A stretch of 64,000 nucleotides of DNA from a virus. The position numbers were made by a program, and so were the translations under genes. Below, piece by piece: positions 8,924-18,010 of the stretch; the stretch's first letter is position 1, and every line of letters starts with the position of its first letter. The DNA is taken from positions 1 to 64,000 of IMG/VR virus record IMGVR_UViG_3300009183_000002; one strand, given 5' to 3'. A model generated the notes under the pieces. It searched no databases. It saw only the letters and a list, made by a program, of their open reading frames with translations, and was not told the DNA's origin.

Positions 8924-9505
8924 ATGAGTACTTCACCTGAACTGAAGACTTGTCGCAAGGGTTTGCACCAGTATCCTGTTGATAAAAAACGGTGTCCAGA
9001 ATGTAGGCACAAATCAGCACGGCGATGGGATAATGCAAATCGTGAAAAAAAACGTGCAAATAGTCTTAAATGGCAAATTAAAAATCCTGAACGCAGTCGC
9101 AAAAACAAACGTAAACACTATCTCAATAATCTTGAACGTATGCGTGAGCTAAGACGTAAATGGAGAACAACACATGTTAATGAAACAAGTATGCACAACG
9201 CCAAACGTCGTGCCGCCAAAAAACAAGCAATAGCAGCCTGGGGAAACGAAAATGCTATTAAAAAGTTTTATGTAAAACGTACAGAGCTTACCAAACTTAC
9301 TGGAGTTCAGCACCATGGAGATCATATTTATCCATTAACATCCGACTGGGTTTGTGGTCTTCACGTAGAAAATAATCTTCAAATTTTGACTGAAGCAGAA
9401 AATATAGCAAAGGGAAATAGAATCTGGCCCGGTCAACTCGACTGTCAAAAAGGCTCAGTCTACGCTATATTTCCTAAAGAATTAACTGATCTTTTAAATG
9501 ACTGA
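8924..9505 (+). mobile_element. HNH endonuclease
   Basis: N-terminal CRKGLH...CPEC and HHGDHIYPL...VCGLHVENNLQILTEAENIAKGN. Confidence 0.8.
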
Positions 9506-10769
9506 TAAAAAGCCTAAGCTCCTATGGGTAGCTGATTTTGCTGCAATGACTGGCTTTGGTCGGGTAAGTGGCGCTATTCTTCCGCGCTTAAAAAATAATT
9601 TTGAAATTGTTGTACTTGCTTGTAACTGGCATGGTGATCCAGTAAAAGAGCAAGAAGATTTTAAAATGTATCCAGCATCTAATCGGCATCAACCAGCGCC
9701 TTTTGGTGAAGATAGGATTCGAGAAATTGTTGAGCGCGAAAAACCAGACGTTGTATTTAGCTTGAATGATCCCTGGATTGTCTCGGAACAGTATCGACGT
9801 ATTGAAGATCTACACAAGAAAAAAAACTTTAAATTTATTGGCTACCTAACAATGGATAGCTACAACTGGATTGGAGGTATTGAAAAACATATCAACGATT
9901 GGGATGCTTTGATTGCTTTTACAGAATTTGGAGCGCACGAATTCTTAAAAGCAGGTATCAACCGGCCAGTTGCAGTTATTCCCCATGGTCTAGATACAAG
10001 TCTTTTCTATCCCATGGACAAAGCAGAAGCACGTAAACGTCTGAATTTAAAAGACGATATCTTTATTGTGTTCAACGGAAATCGCAATCAGTTTAGAAAA
10101 CGTATTGACATTACTATTTCAGCGTTTGCAAAGTTTGCTGTTGATAAACCAGATACACAACTGTATTTGCATATGGGTCTTAAAGATCAAGGGTGGCATA
10201 TCCTTGATGTTTTCGGGAGGGAAATGCGCAAAAATAATCTTGATCCAAATGGACGTATTATTCTTACCTCGCAATCGGAAGGGCCGCCAAACGTTGAGGT
10301 GGATATGTTAAATGCAATTTATAATGCAGTTGATATTGGCGTCAATACCACCAAGGGGGGCGGCTGGGAGCTTGTCAACTTTGAACACGCTGCCTGTCGC
10401 GTAGCCCAGGTAGTGCCTGCTCATACTTCCTGCAAGGAGATCTTTGAGGGGTACGGACGCCTGATTCGTTGTGATCACATCGACGTGGATGTCAACTACG
10501 CACGAGAAATGCCCTGCCCTTCCAGCGATCACCTTGCAGAGATCCTTACGGACTTGTATGAGAATCGTGAGAAGCTTGATGCGACAGCTGAGCTTTGTTA
10601 CACGCGTGTCACGGATAAGCAATTTGACTGGGACACGGTTGCGTTGCAGTTTGGCGGCGTATTTGAAGATGTGTTAAAAGGTGTTGACCACTCGATTGAA
10701 ACAGAGCCTACACCCAAGAAAAAGAAGAAGGTGAAGAAGGAGAAGCGCCTGGTAGGTGCCGTAAGCTAA
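9498..10769 (+). CDS. glycosyltransferase family 4 (GT-B)
   Basis: TGFGRV, IPHGLD, NRNQFRKRID, YNAVDIGVNTTKGGGWELVNFEHAAC. Confidence 0.88.
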   Translation: MTDKKPKLLWVADFAAMTGFGRVSGAILPRLKNNFEIVVLACNWHGDPVKEQEDFKMYPASNRHQPAPFGEDRIREIVEREKPDVVFSLNDPWIVSEQYRRIEDLHKKKNFKFIGYLTMDSYNWIGGIEKHINDWDALIAFTEFGAHEFLKAGINRPVAVIPHGLDTSLFYPMDKAEARKRLNLKDDIFIVFNGNRNQFRKRIDITISAFAKFAVDKPDTQLYLHMGLKDQGWHILDVFGREMRKNNLDPNGRIILTSQSEGPPNVEVDMLNAIYNAVDIGVNTTKGGGWELVNFEHAACRVAQVVPAHTSCKEIFEGYGRLIRCDHIDVDVNYAREMPCPSSDHLAEILTDLYENREKLDATAELCYTRVTDKQFDWDTVALQFGGVFEDVLKGVDHSIETEPTPKKKKKVKKEKRLVGAVS

Positions 10770-10786
10770 TCCTGTTGAGAAGCCTT

Positions 10787-10818
10787 GCCCCTCGTCGTAC
10801 CCACGGCGGGGGGCTTTT
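10787..10818 (+). terminator. intrinsic terminator
   Basis: GCCCCTCGTCGT-ACCC-ACGGCGGGGGGC followed by TTTT. Confidence 0.7.
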
Positions 10819-10937
10819 GCTTGCGTATTGTGTCTCACGGTAAGACCCAGGTGCAAAAGCTGGACAGCACTGAGCGAGTGTAAATCGTTGTAAACAATGA
10901 GATTGAGTGACAGACAGGGATTTGGAGGAAGAAAAAA

Positions 10938-11144
10938 ATCTCATTCGCGGTCGTGCACAGAAATGGCGAATGAGATCGTTTTACCCTAAAGATCAACAAA
11001 CTTTACATTTTTGCCTTCATTCGCGATTCTCATGAGAGTCATGAGTCTTATCGTGAGACATTAAGAGAATATAAAATGGCGAATGAAGGGAGAAATGTAA
11101 AGTTTGCTACTATAAGAAGAAAACTTATCTCATTCGCCATTTCT
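10938..11144. repeat. large imperfect inverted repeat with 5 GCGAATGA iterons; candidate replication origin
   Basis: AGAAATGGCGAATGAGAT 10959-10976 / ATCTCATTCGCCATTTCT 11127-11144; CAAACTTTACATTT / AAATGTAAAGTTTG; CCTTCATTCGC / GCGAATGAAGG. Confidence 0.7.
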
Positions 11145-11192
11145 CTGCTCTTTTCGCAAATAAGGTAGAGTGTCCAAATCGCAAACCAAGTC

Positions 11193-12230
11193 ATGTCAAG
11201 GGATTACAAGGAACTGCCTCCGCTCTGGTATTTACAACAGCAATTTCAGCTGTCAGAAAAATACCCGAGTGGTCTGGAGTGGCGCGTCAAACGGGCTGGT
11301 TACCAAATCGGGGATGCCGTGGGATGCAAGCACCGCACCAACAACTTGTACACGGTCTACGTCTGGGGCGAGAAGTACCTGGCCCACCGCATTGTCTGGT
11401 ATCTACGCACTGGTCAATGCCCTGACGGCCACGCAGTGGAGCACGACGACTCAAACCCAGGTAAGGACAACCGCCTGGGCCTACGGGTCAGCTACGTAGC
11501 AAACAAGAAGCGCACCCTGCTGGTGAGGGAGACTAAATCATCAAGTCCCACTGAGATAAAAACTGAGACAGCACCGACAACCAGCACACGGATTTTTAAA
11601 TACGTTCACGGCATTGACGAACTCGACGAGTCTCAACTTGAGTCTCATGGGTATTACACTGGATATCCCTGCGTTCATGGTCATCGGATCCGCCACCATC
11701 AGGAACATTGGTGTTTTCACTGCATCATGAAGATTCAAACCAATATTTGCGGATTTGATCTCAACTACCTACACATCAACTACAAGGAACGCTACCGAAA
11801 GCTATGGAACACTATCGATGTTGGCGACCCAGAAGACTGCTGGAACATTCGTTTACCTGGCAAGGTGGGCCCCAAGCGTCAGTGCTTCCCCTCCTACCGC
11901 TCCTTTAACACCACTCAGCGTGTTGCCAACGTAAACGTCCACAAGTTGATCTATCAGTGTGCCTGGGGGGATGTGGGGTCCACAACGGTGACCAGGACGT
12001 GTGGCAACGTCTGGTGTGGCAACCCACTTCACATGGCCTCCTCCTGGAACCGTGGCTTACCACCTGAGCAAGTGCAACCATTTGAGCGCGAATACCAAGC
12101 AGAAAAATTAATGCTTATTGCGCGGGCCAAGCTCGAGCACAGAGAGCAGGAGGTTATACGGCGTGACTACAAAGCAACAATCACACACCCCTTGGAGGCT
12201 AAAGAACCGCCATATTATGATGAAGGATAG
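11193..12230 (+). CDS. protein with two HNH/His-Me finger endonuclease-like domains
   Basis: KYLAHRIVWYL...VEHDDSNPGKDNR and VNVHKLIY...TRTCGNVWCGNPLH. Confidence 0.7.
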   Translation: MSRDYKELPPLWYLQQQFQLSEKYPSGLEWRVKRAGYQIGDAVGCKHRTNNLYTVYVWGEKYLAHRIVWYLRTGQCPDGHAVEHDDSNPGKDNRLGLRVSYVANKKRTLLVRETKSSSPTEIKTETAPTTSTRIFKYVHGIDELDESQLESHGYYTGYPCVHGHRIRHHQEHWCFHCIMKIQTNICGFDLNYLHINYKERYRKLWNTIDVGDPEDCWNIRLPGKVGPKRQCFPSYRSFNTTQRVANVNVHKLIYQCAWGDVGSTTVTRTCGNVWCGNPLHMASSWNRGLPPEQVQPFEREYQAEKLMLIARAKLEHREQEVIRRDYKATITHPLEAKEPPYYDEG

Positions 12231-12250
12231 GCATAAGATTACAATTTATA

Positions 12251-13171
12251 ATGGCACGTAATCAAACATCGCAACGTCAACGTACACAAGATAATCCTTT
12301 AAACCTTGGCTCATTTAGCCAAACTTCTTTGCGCTATTTAAAAGGAACGCTTGGTCCTGTTTCAAAAGTTATTGGGCGTTCGGATACTTGGGATACGTCT
12401 AACGGTGGATTTGGCGGCGGCACATACAATCATTGGTTCAAAGTTACTCTATTGAGTAATGCTTGGATTATTACTGCAAAAGGACCACCACGTCCCAAAT
12501 ACATTCAAGTGTCAGCTTATGATTTGAATCAAAATCCTATCCAAGAACGTGCAATTTTTGATGCGGATAGTGTTTCAGAAACAGTTGAAGGAGAAGTTTA
12601 CTATCCGTACGTTGGGCACACTATGGGTGCTCAATCAGATTTGTACAATACATTTAATCCTAACCGGCTTGACAGAGGTGATGACCGTTATTTTGTATTG
12701 CCTCCAGGGAGCTATTTACTGTGTGTATCGACGACACGCAATGAACCTCTTGATTATGCACTAGGTTTAGTCGTTGAGATTCAAGATATTGAATTTGAAC
12801 TACTTTTAGAAAACGGTGGCACTAACAAATTTATCTATGAGAATGAACTAAGTCTTGGTAATACGTCTGTTATTGGTCCTACCTTTCTTATTAATTACAC
12901 ACTTCCTATTGGTGAAAACGGATATACCGGTATCCTTGCAACGATTAATTCTGGAGCAACCGTTACCATATCAGATGGTTCCGAGTGGTTTATTAGTGAT
13001 GCCGTTCTTACCAATCCCCAAGATTTTATTTTGTGTGATACAACCGAAAATTATACAGGCGAAGACACACACATCCATTCACTTGATGAATGGCAAACAG
13101 CTTGGGAAAGGGAACATCAACAAGATAATCGATTCCCGGATGTATTCTTACCTTTGGTAACTTCTTTGTGA
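12251..13171 (+). CDS. hypothetical protein, possibly structural (beta-rich)
   Basis: 306-aa ORF; LPPGSYLLCVS segment. Confidence 0.7.
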   Translation: MARNQTSQRQRTQDNPLNLGSFSQTSLRYLKGTLGPVSKVIGRSDTWDTSNGGFGGGTYNHWFKVTLLSNAWIITAKGPPRPKYIQVSAYDLNQNPIQERAIFDADSVSETVEGEVYYPYVGHTMGAQSDLYNTFNPNRLDRGDDRYFVLPPGSYLLCVSTTRNEPLDYALGLVVEIQDIEFELLLENGGTNKFIYENELSLGNTSVIGPTFLINYTLPIGENGYTGILATINSGATVTISDGSEWFISDAVLTNPQDFILCDTTENYTGEDTHIHSLDEWQTAWEREHQQDNRFPDVFLPLVTSL

Positions 13172-13217
13172 TAAGGTTTTATAACTGGTTAACGTGTAGC
13201 TTGCACTATGACTGAAC

Positions 13218-13646
13218 ATGTTGAGATTACAACGTCGCAAAAAGACTGGGACGATTTTTTTGCCCCAGGGAATGATCCTGAAACTGCGTTTGATTCCGTG
13301 GATCAAGACTGGATCGGGATGTATATGGTTGGCGAGCATGGCAGTGAGCAAAAGTATGAAGCAACTCAACCAATGGATGCAACGCCGTTCGACTACCAGG
13401 GTCCGCCGTCTGGATATGTCTTTGACCGGTAAGTTTGGTCCTAAGACTCAAGCTATTGCAATACGTCAGGTACGCCAGTGGGTAGATAAAATTCCTGCTG
13501 GTGACTCAATTTGCTTACGTTGTGAATCAACAGTACCTGATAAACAGTTTCGGGTATGGAAAAAATGGTTTGAAAGACATGAGGATTTCAATTGGGAAAT
13601 ATCTGAGGAGCATAAATCTTTTTTCTTTTACAAAAAACGCTGGTAA
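13218..13646 (+). CDS. hypothetical protein
   Basis: 142-aa ORF with globular C-terminus (IPAGDSICLRCES...FRVWKKWF). Confidence 0.6.
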   Translation: MLRLQRRKKTGTIFLPQGMILKLRLIPWIKTGSGCIWLASMAVSKSMKQLNQWMQRRSTTRVRRLDMSLTGKFGPKTQAIAIRQVRQWVDKIPAGDSICLRCESTVPDKQFRVWKKWFERHEDFNWEISEEHKSFFFYKKRW

Positions 13647-13672
13647 AATAAAGAAAACTACCAGGTTTAATC

Positions 13673-13834
13673 ATGAACATTTCTAAGTATGTTGAAACGG
13701 CGCTTGCAATTCATGCAGCAGCTAGTGCTATTACTGCACTGACACCTACCCCTAAAGATGATAGTGCTGTTCGAAGGGCGTATCGTGTAATCGAATTACT
13801 TGCTCTGGTTACTAGCCGTACCAAGCAACGCTGA
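13673..13834 (+). CDS. small holin-like membrane protein
   Basis: Own translation MNISKYVETALAIHAAASAITALTPTPKDDSAVRRAYRVIELLALV...; TPTPKDD motif; adjacent to the endolysin. Confidence 0.6.
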   Translation: MNISKYVETALAIHAAASAITALTPTPKDDSAVRRAYRVIELLALVTSRTKQR

Positions 13835-13838
13835 TTAC

Positions 13839-14933
13839 TTAGGCAATAATGCACCAGCCAGATTTTGGGCCTTCGACTAACCATCGGGGCTCAAAATTTT
13901 TGTAGCTGTAGTGTAGTTTTTTACCGTTGGTGGAATCATAGGTTCCAGATGTTAGGTTGCAATCACCCCAAGGATCATGCACCCAGTAACCTTCGGAATT
14001 GTATCCGATGATACAAAGCCAGTGGCCTCCACCCTGCGGATTTTGTGCGCTGCCATGGTGAAGGAATCCTGCGGGTACAGGTTTGCCCGAATCAATTTGT
14101 TTCTTAATTAAAGCTCGACTGCCTTGTGTAGTAAATCTAGCAGTAACGGCATAGTGTTTTAACGCGGCCAGTTGAGCGTTACTATCAGTACTATCACCAA
14201 AAGTAAAAACGGTTCTAATGTAATCATCATCATTTTTTATAGAGGACGGTTTTAAAAATTTCAACATCATGGCACAGCTTGAACTAAAGCATGTACGTGA
14301 TGCATCACGGTAATTATCCCGTTGACTCATGTAAATCACGGGGAGTGGATTTTGTTTTGGAGTTGGGCTACCACCAGGAGTTTGCAACCGCTGGTCCATG
14401 ATCTGAATTAGTTTTGTTGCGTAGTCTGGATCAGTTGCATACCCTTCTTTCACCAATAAATTGGCGCATGCGTTCCTATTGTCAGCTCGATTTACACCTT
14501 TATATGCTCCAAAGTCTTTGTACCAGCGGTTGACTAGGTACTCAACACAGGTTTGCAAACTTGGAAAATCAATGAAGCCATCATTGATTGTGATCCATTT
14601 ACCGTCAATAAATTCTTTGGTGTCAACACTAGTACCACTACCTTTAAGGCCAAAGTAATTATGCTTGCCTGACGTTGCAGTACCACCGGCACTTTCTAGT
14701 TGCCACTGTGCGGCTACAACTTCTGGGAATTTAGCACCAGACTGTTTTGCTGCTTGCAGGACACCGGCCCAGGTATTGGATATTTCAACAGAAGGCTTTG
14801 GTTTGTTGCGATATTTAACAGCAAAAGACTCCAGGACCTCAGGGGTGAGCTGAGTCTGGAGCCAGTTCCATGCGGTTATTTGATGCGGGAGTTGTTCGTC
14901 AAATTTTGCCGCATCGCTTAATTTAATTGTCAT
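13839..14933 (-). CDS. endolysin: GH73 glucosaminidase plus C39-like cysteine peptidase
   Basis: AAQWQLESAGG...NYFGLKG...GYATDPDYATKL; SQRDN...TCFSSSCAM...GHWLCIIGY...HDPWG. Confidence 0.85.
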   Translation of the reverse strand: MTIKLSDAAKFDEQLPHQITAWNWLQTQLTPEVLESFAVKYRNKPKPSVEISNTWAGVLQAAKQSGAKFPEVVAAQWQLESAGGTATSGKHNYFGLKGSGTSVDTKEFIDGKWITINDGFIDFPSLQTCVEYLVNRWYKDFGAYKGVNRADNRNACANLLVKEGYATDPDYATKLIQIMDQRLQTPGGSPTPKQNPLPVIYMSQRDNYRDASRTCFSSSCAMMLKFLKPSSIKNDDDYIRTVFTFGDSTDSNAQLAALKHYAVTARFTTQGSRALIKKQIDSGKPVPAGFLHHGSAQNPQGGGHWLCIIGYNSEGYWVHDPWGDCNLTSGTYDSTNGKKLHYSYKNFEPRWLVEGPKSGWCIIA

Positions 14934-14973
14934 GGGCCTAATGGTTTAATTAAGTTTAGGCCCAATCAATTTA

Positions 14974-15162
14974 TCAAAGAACTTCGGGAGTAACTTCAGT
15001 TACTTCTTCAGTTTTTTCTGTTTCTTCTGGTGCAAACTCAAGGGTGTCAATAAGTTCACCAATCAAGTTGGCAGCAAAAGCAATTAGGGTGCCATCGCCA
15101 GAAGCACGGGCGGAACCAAAGGAATTAATTGCCGAGACCAGTTGACTTTTTTTAGCAGCCAT
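14974..15162 (-). CDS. small hypothetical protein of the tail-fibre locus
   Basis: 62-aa ORF with acidic C-terminus. Confidence 0.7.
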   Translation of the reverse strand: MAAKKSQLVSAINSFGSARASGDGTLIAFAANLIGELIDTLEFAPEETEKTEEVTEVTPEVL

Positions 15163-15196
15163 GATGTTTAAAGCTTTTCAAAAAGTATAGCAATAA

Positions 15197-15520
15197 TCAC
15201 CAGGGAATGCCAGAAGCATCAACGGGATTTTGTTTGGTATCAAGCTGAGCAGATAGACCATTACAGATAGCTTCAACTTGCTCATCACCAAGAGCAGCCA
15301 AGACCCAGCCTACAACTTCACCTTCGATTAAGTCTGCGTAAGGTGTAAAATTATCGGGGTCTGGATCACCAAAGCCAATAGAGCCATAGCTGCCAGCGGT
15401 AAGATCATCACCACCAGTTACTTCGCGAGTAGCGGTAACGGTCCAGTGGGCAGTGTAGACGGCACCATCAGAAAGTTTACGCTCAAGCTGTGCAATGTGC
15501 CAGGTATAAGTATCAGCCAT
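15197..15520 (-). CDS. tail-fibre-associated (chaperone-like) protein
   Basis: TYTWHIAQLERK...FTPYADLIEGEVVGWV...SGIPW; directly downstream of the tail fibre. Confidence 0.7.
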   Translation of the reverse strand: MADTYTWHIAQLERKLSDGAVYTAHWTVTATREVTGGDDLTAGSYGSIGFGDPDPDNFTPYADLIEGEVVGWVLAALGDEQVEAICNGLSAQLDTKQNPVDASGIPW

Positions 15521-15593
15521 TTTAATGTGGTAGCTATGGTTTTATTATAAGGTAAAAAATTGTGAGATCAGTTAGTGAAGGTGACTAATAGGT

Positions 15594-17963
15594 CTAACAA
15601 GCCATCAGGACACAAGGCACGCAGTAGCTGCCGTCCTCATAGGTGCAGGTGATGTGGGTACTGGTGACCTTGGCGACGGTCTTGCTGCGGATGATGTCGT
15701 CGTCTTGGGGTTTGGCGGTTCCATCACCAGCAGACATCAGCAGATCGCCGCGCTGAACTGTAACGCCTTCGGCAATACGGATGATGAAGTCACCCGTCAT
15801 TGCGCAATAGAAGTCATCGGTATAAGTGTCGTCATCATCGTCCCAAGATTGGAACACGCCAGACACGTTCTTGTCACCTTCAACGTCACTCACCTTCATC
15901 CGGTTGAGTTGTTCGTTGTCTTCTTCGCCCCAGCCGCACATCTCGTCGATGTTGCTCAGCACCGTGCCACGCAGGATCTCGGTGCGCTTGGTGCCGCCGG
16001 GAAGTTGAGACCAGCGACTTAGGTGGGCACCGTTATAGCTGACGGTTGTGCCAGAGACGGAGATAGTGCCCTCTTCTGTTCCAGCTTGCCTAATTGAAAC
16101 AATTACTCCGTCATCGACATTTCTGTTCAACGAAAGGCTAGGCAACGAAGACGTAGATATAAATGTTTTCCCATTTGCACCTTCTGCCATCCACCCATTC
16201 GATGTATTGCCTTCTCCTGGATAAGTTGTTGTCCCAGCTTGTGCAGCTAAAAAGATATCCCCACCACTCGAAATCCTCATCCGCTCCGTAGGAGTAGCCG
16301 CGCCGTCTGCAGTAGTGGAGAACACTAGGCGGCCTGGGTAATCATTTGTTCCAGCGGCGCTATCAGCCAGCGTCGTAATTGTGGCAAAGTCATTTCCTGC
16401 GTTGTCAGAAAATGCAATTTTGCCAATTTCTTCCCCTGTAGTGATAGCAGTGGCGCCTTCGCCACGCATCAAATGCAACACACCACCTTCTGTTGCAGAG
16501 AAAGAGTTTCCTTGGACGAATAATTTGCCCGCGACAGGCGCACTAGACGTACCAACTAAGAGCCTGCCGCTGGAGTCGATGCGGGCGCGTTCAATGTTTA
16601 CAGTACCAAACGTTACGTTATAACTGTCATAGGCAAATAAACCTAAATTGCTATTTTGACTTTCAACTTTAGATGTTGTATCAGTGTAAAAATGTAAGCG
16701 GGCGGCGCTGCCTCCATTTACAAAACGAGCAACTTCGCCTACAACACCAGGAAGTTGAACAGTTAGGGGTGCGACAGGGCTAGTAGTGCCAATCCCTACT
16801 TGGCCTGATGCATCTATACGCAACTTTTCTGCAAGCGTTCCATTAAGTGTTGTATAAAAACGAAGACCAGCATCTTGGTTTGCGGCCGTTGTATCCCAAG
16901 GAGCTTCACCGTCAGCAGTGATCTTTGCCATTCCGAGCAAAGTGCCGCCATCGGTGGTTCTAGAGGAAAATTGAAGGCCAGCACCATAACCAGCAAATCT
17001 TCCTTCTAGTTCAAGTTGATAAGCGCCAACAACAAATTCCGTGCCCGCAACATGGAGTAACTTATTGGGGCTACTAGTTCCTATGCCTACGTTGCCAGAG
17101 GAGTTAACAGTCAGTCGTGCTGCCGAAGCGGTTGCGTCGTAGATAATAAAATTATTTGCGGATCCATATCCACTTCCAGTTGAACCCAAAAGGTAAGATC
17201 TGCCACTACTGGCTTGAAGTCGGATGGCGGCGGTATCGGCACCTGCTGCCGAAATGTGCAATAAATCGCTAGGGGATGAAGTCCCCAGACCTAAACGCCC
17301 ACTGGAGTCCAGGCGCATGTACTCAGTCGAAAGTGAAGCACCTGTAAAAATATGAACAGGACTTCTATACGAAAGTGTCGCGCTGGCACCAGCAGCTTGG
17401 ATGTAATTGGCAGCATTCCTCGTGAAGTTCAGTGTTGCACCATCAGAGGCAAACTCAACCGATCCAGCAGACCCGACAACAGTAAATCTTGCAGTAGGTG
17501 TTCCGGCAACACCGACATTCCCACTCGCATCAACGTAGAGACGCCCCGACCCATTAGTTGAGATGGCTACTTGGTCTGCGCCAGGTGAATAAATACCTGT
17601 GTTGGGATCGCTTGTAAAAGAAATCGAAGGTGCGGCAGCAGAACCTGCACCAAAAATACCAGAAGTAACTGTAGTAGTTGTACCGCTTAATGCAGTAAAT
17701 ACGCCACTGGTAAAACTAGCGGTAGTACCTGTGACTGTTACGCCTGAAAGCTGAGTAGTAAATACACCAGAAACAAAGTTAGCCGTAGTGCCGGTAACTG
17801 TAGTACCTGAGACGGTTGCACCTTGAATTGTGACGCCTGAAATCGTACCGGTAACAGTTACACCGGATGTAATGGCACGGTAAATACCAGAAACCGTAGT
17901 GGGTTGATCAGCACCATCATTGGTAAATGTAATATTATCAACTTTAATTGCACCGTAAGGCAT
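15594..17963 (-). CDS. tail fibre / receptor-binding protein with C-terminal chaperone-like domain
   Basis: Repeated RIDSSGRLGIGTSSP-type motifs, AAAPSISFTSDPNTGIYSPGADQVAIST, C-terminal GDLLMSAGDGTAKPQDDDIIRSKTVAKV. Confidence 0.85.
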   Translation of the reverse strand: MPYGAIKVDNITFTNDGADQPTTVSGIYRAITSGVTVTGTISGVTIQGATVSGTTVTGTTANFVSGVFTTQLSGVTVTGTTASFTSGVFTALSGTTTTVTSGIFGAGSAAAPSISFTSDPNTGIYSPGADQVAISTNGSGRLYVDASGNVGVAGTPTARFTVVGSAGSVEFASDGATLNFTRNAANYIQAAGASATLSYRSPVHIFTGASLSTEYMRLDSSGRLGLGTSSPSDLLHISAAGADTAAIRLQASSGRSYLLGSTGSGYGSANNFIIYDATASAARLTVNSSGNVGIGTSSPNKLLHVAGTEFVVGAYQLELEGRFAGYGAGLQFSSRTTDGGTLLGMAKITADGEAPWDTTAANQDAGLRFYTTLNGTLAEKLRIDASGQVGIGTTSPVAPLTVQLPGVVGEVARFVNGGSAARLHFYTDTTSKVESQNSNLGLFAYDSYNVTFGTVNIERARIDSSGRLLVGTSSAPVAGKLFVQGNSFSATEGGVLHLMRGEGATAITTGEEIGKIAFSDNAGNDFATITTLADSAAGTNDYPGRLVFSTTADGAATPTERMRISSGGDIFLAAQAGTTTYPGEGNTSNGWMAEGANGKTFISTSSLPSLSLNRNVDDGVIVSIRQAGTEEGTISVSGTTVSYNGAHLSRWSQLPGGTKRTEILRGTVLSNIDEMCGWGEEDNEQLNRMKVSDVEGDKNVSGVFQSWDDDDDTYTDDFYCAMTGDFIIRIAEGVTVQRGDLLMSAGDGTAKPQDDDIIRSKTVAKVTSTHITCTYEDGSYCVPCVLMAC

Positions 17964-18010
17964 GGTAATACTCGTTCTTTATACCAATAATAACAGGAAA
18001 ATAATTAGTC

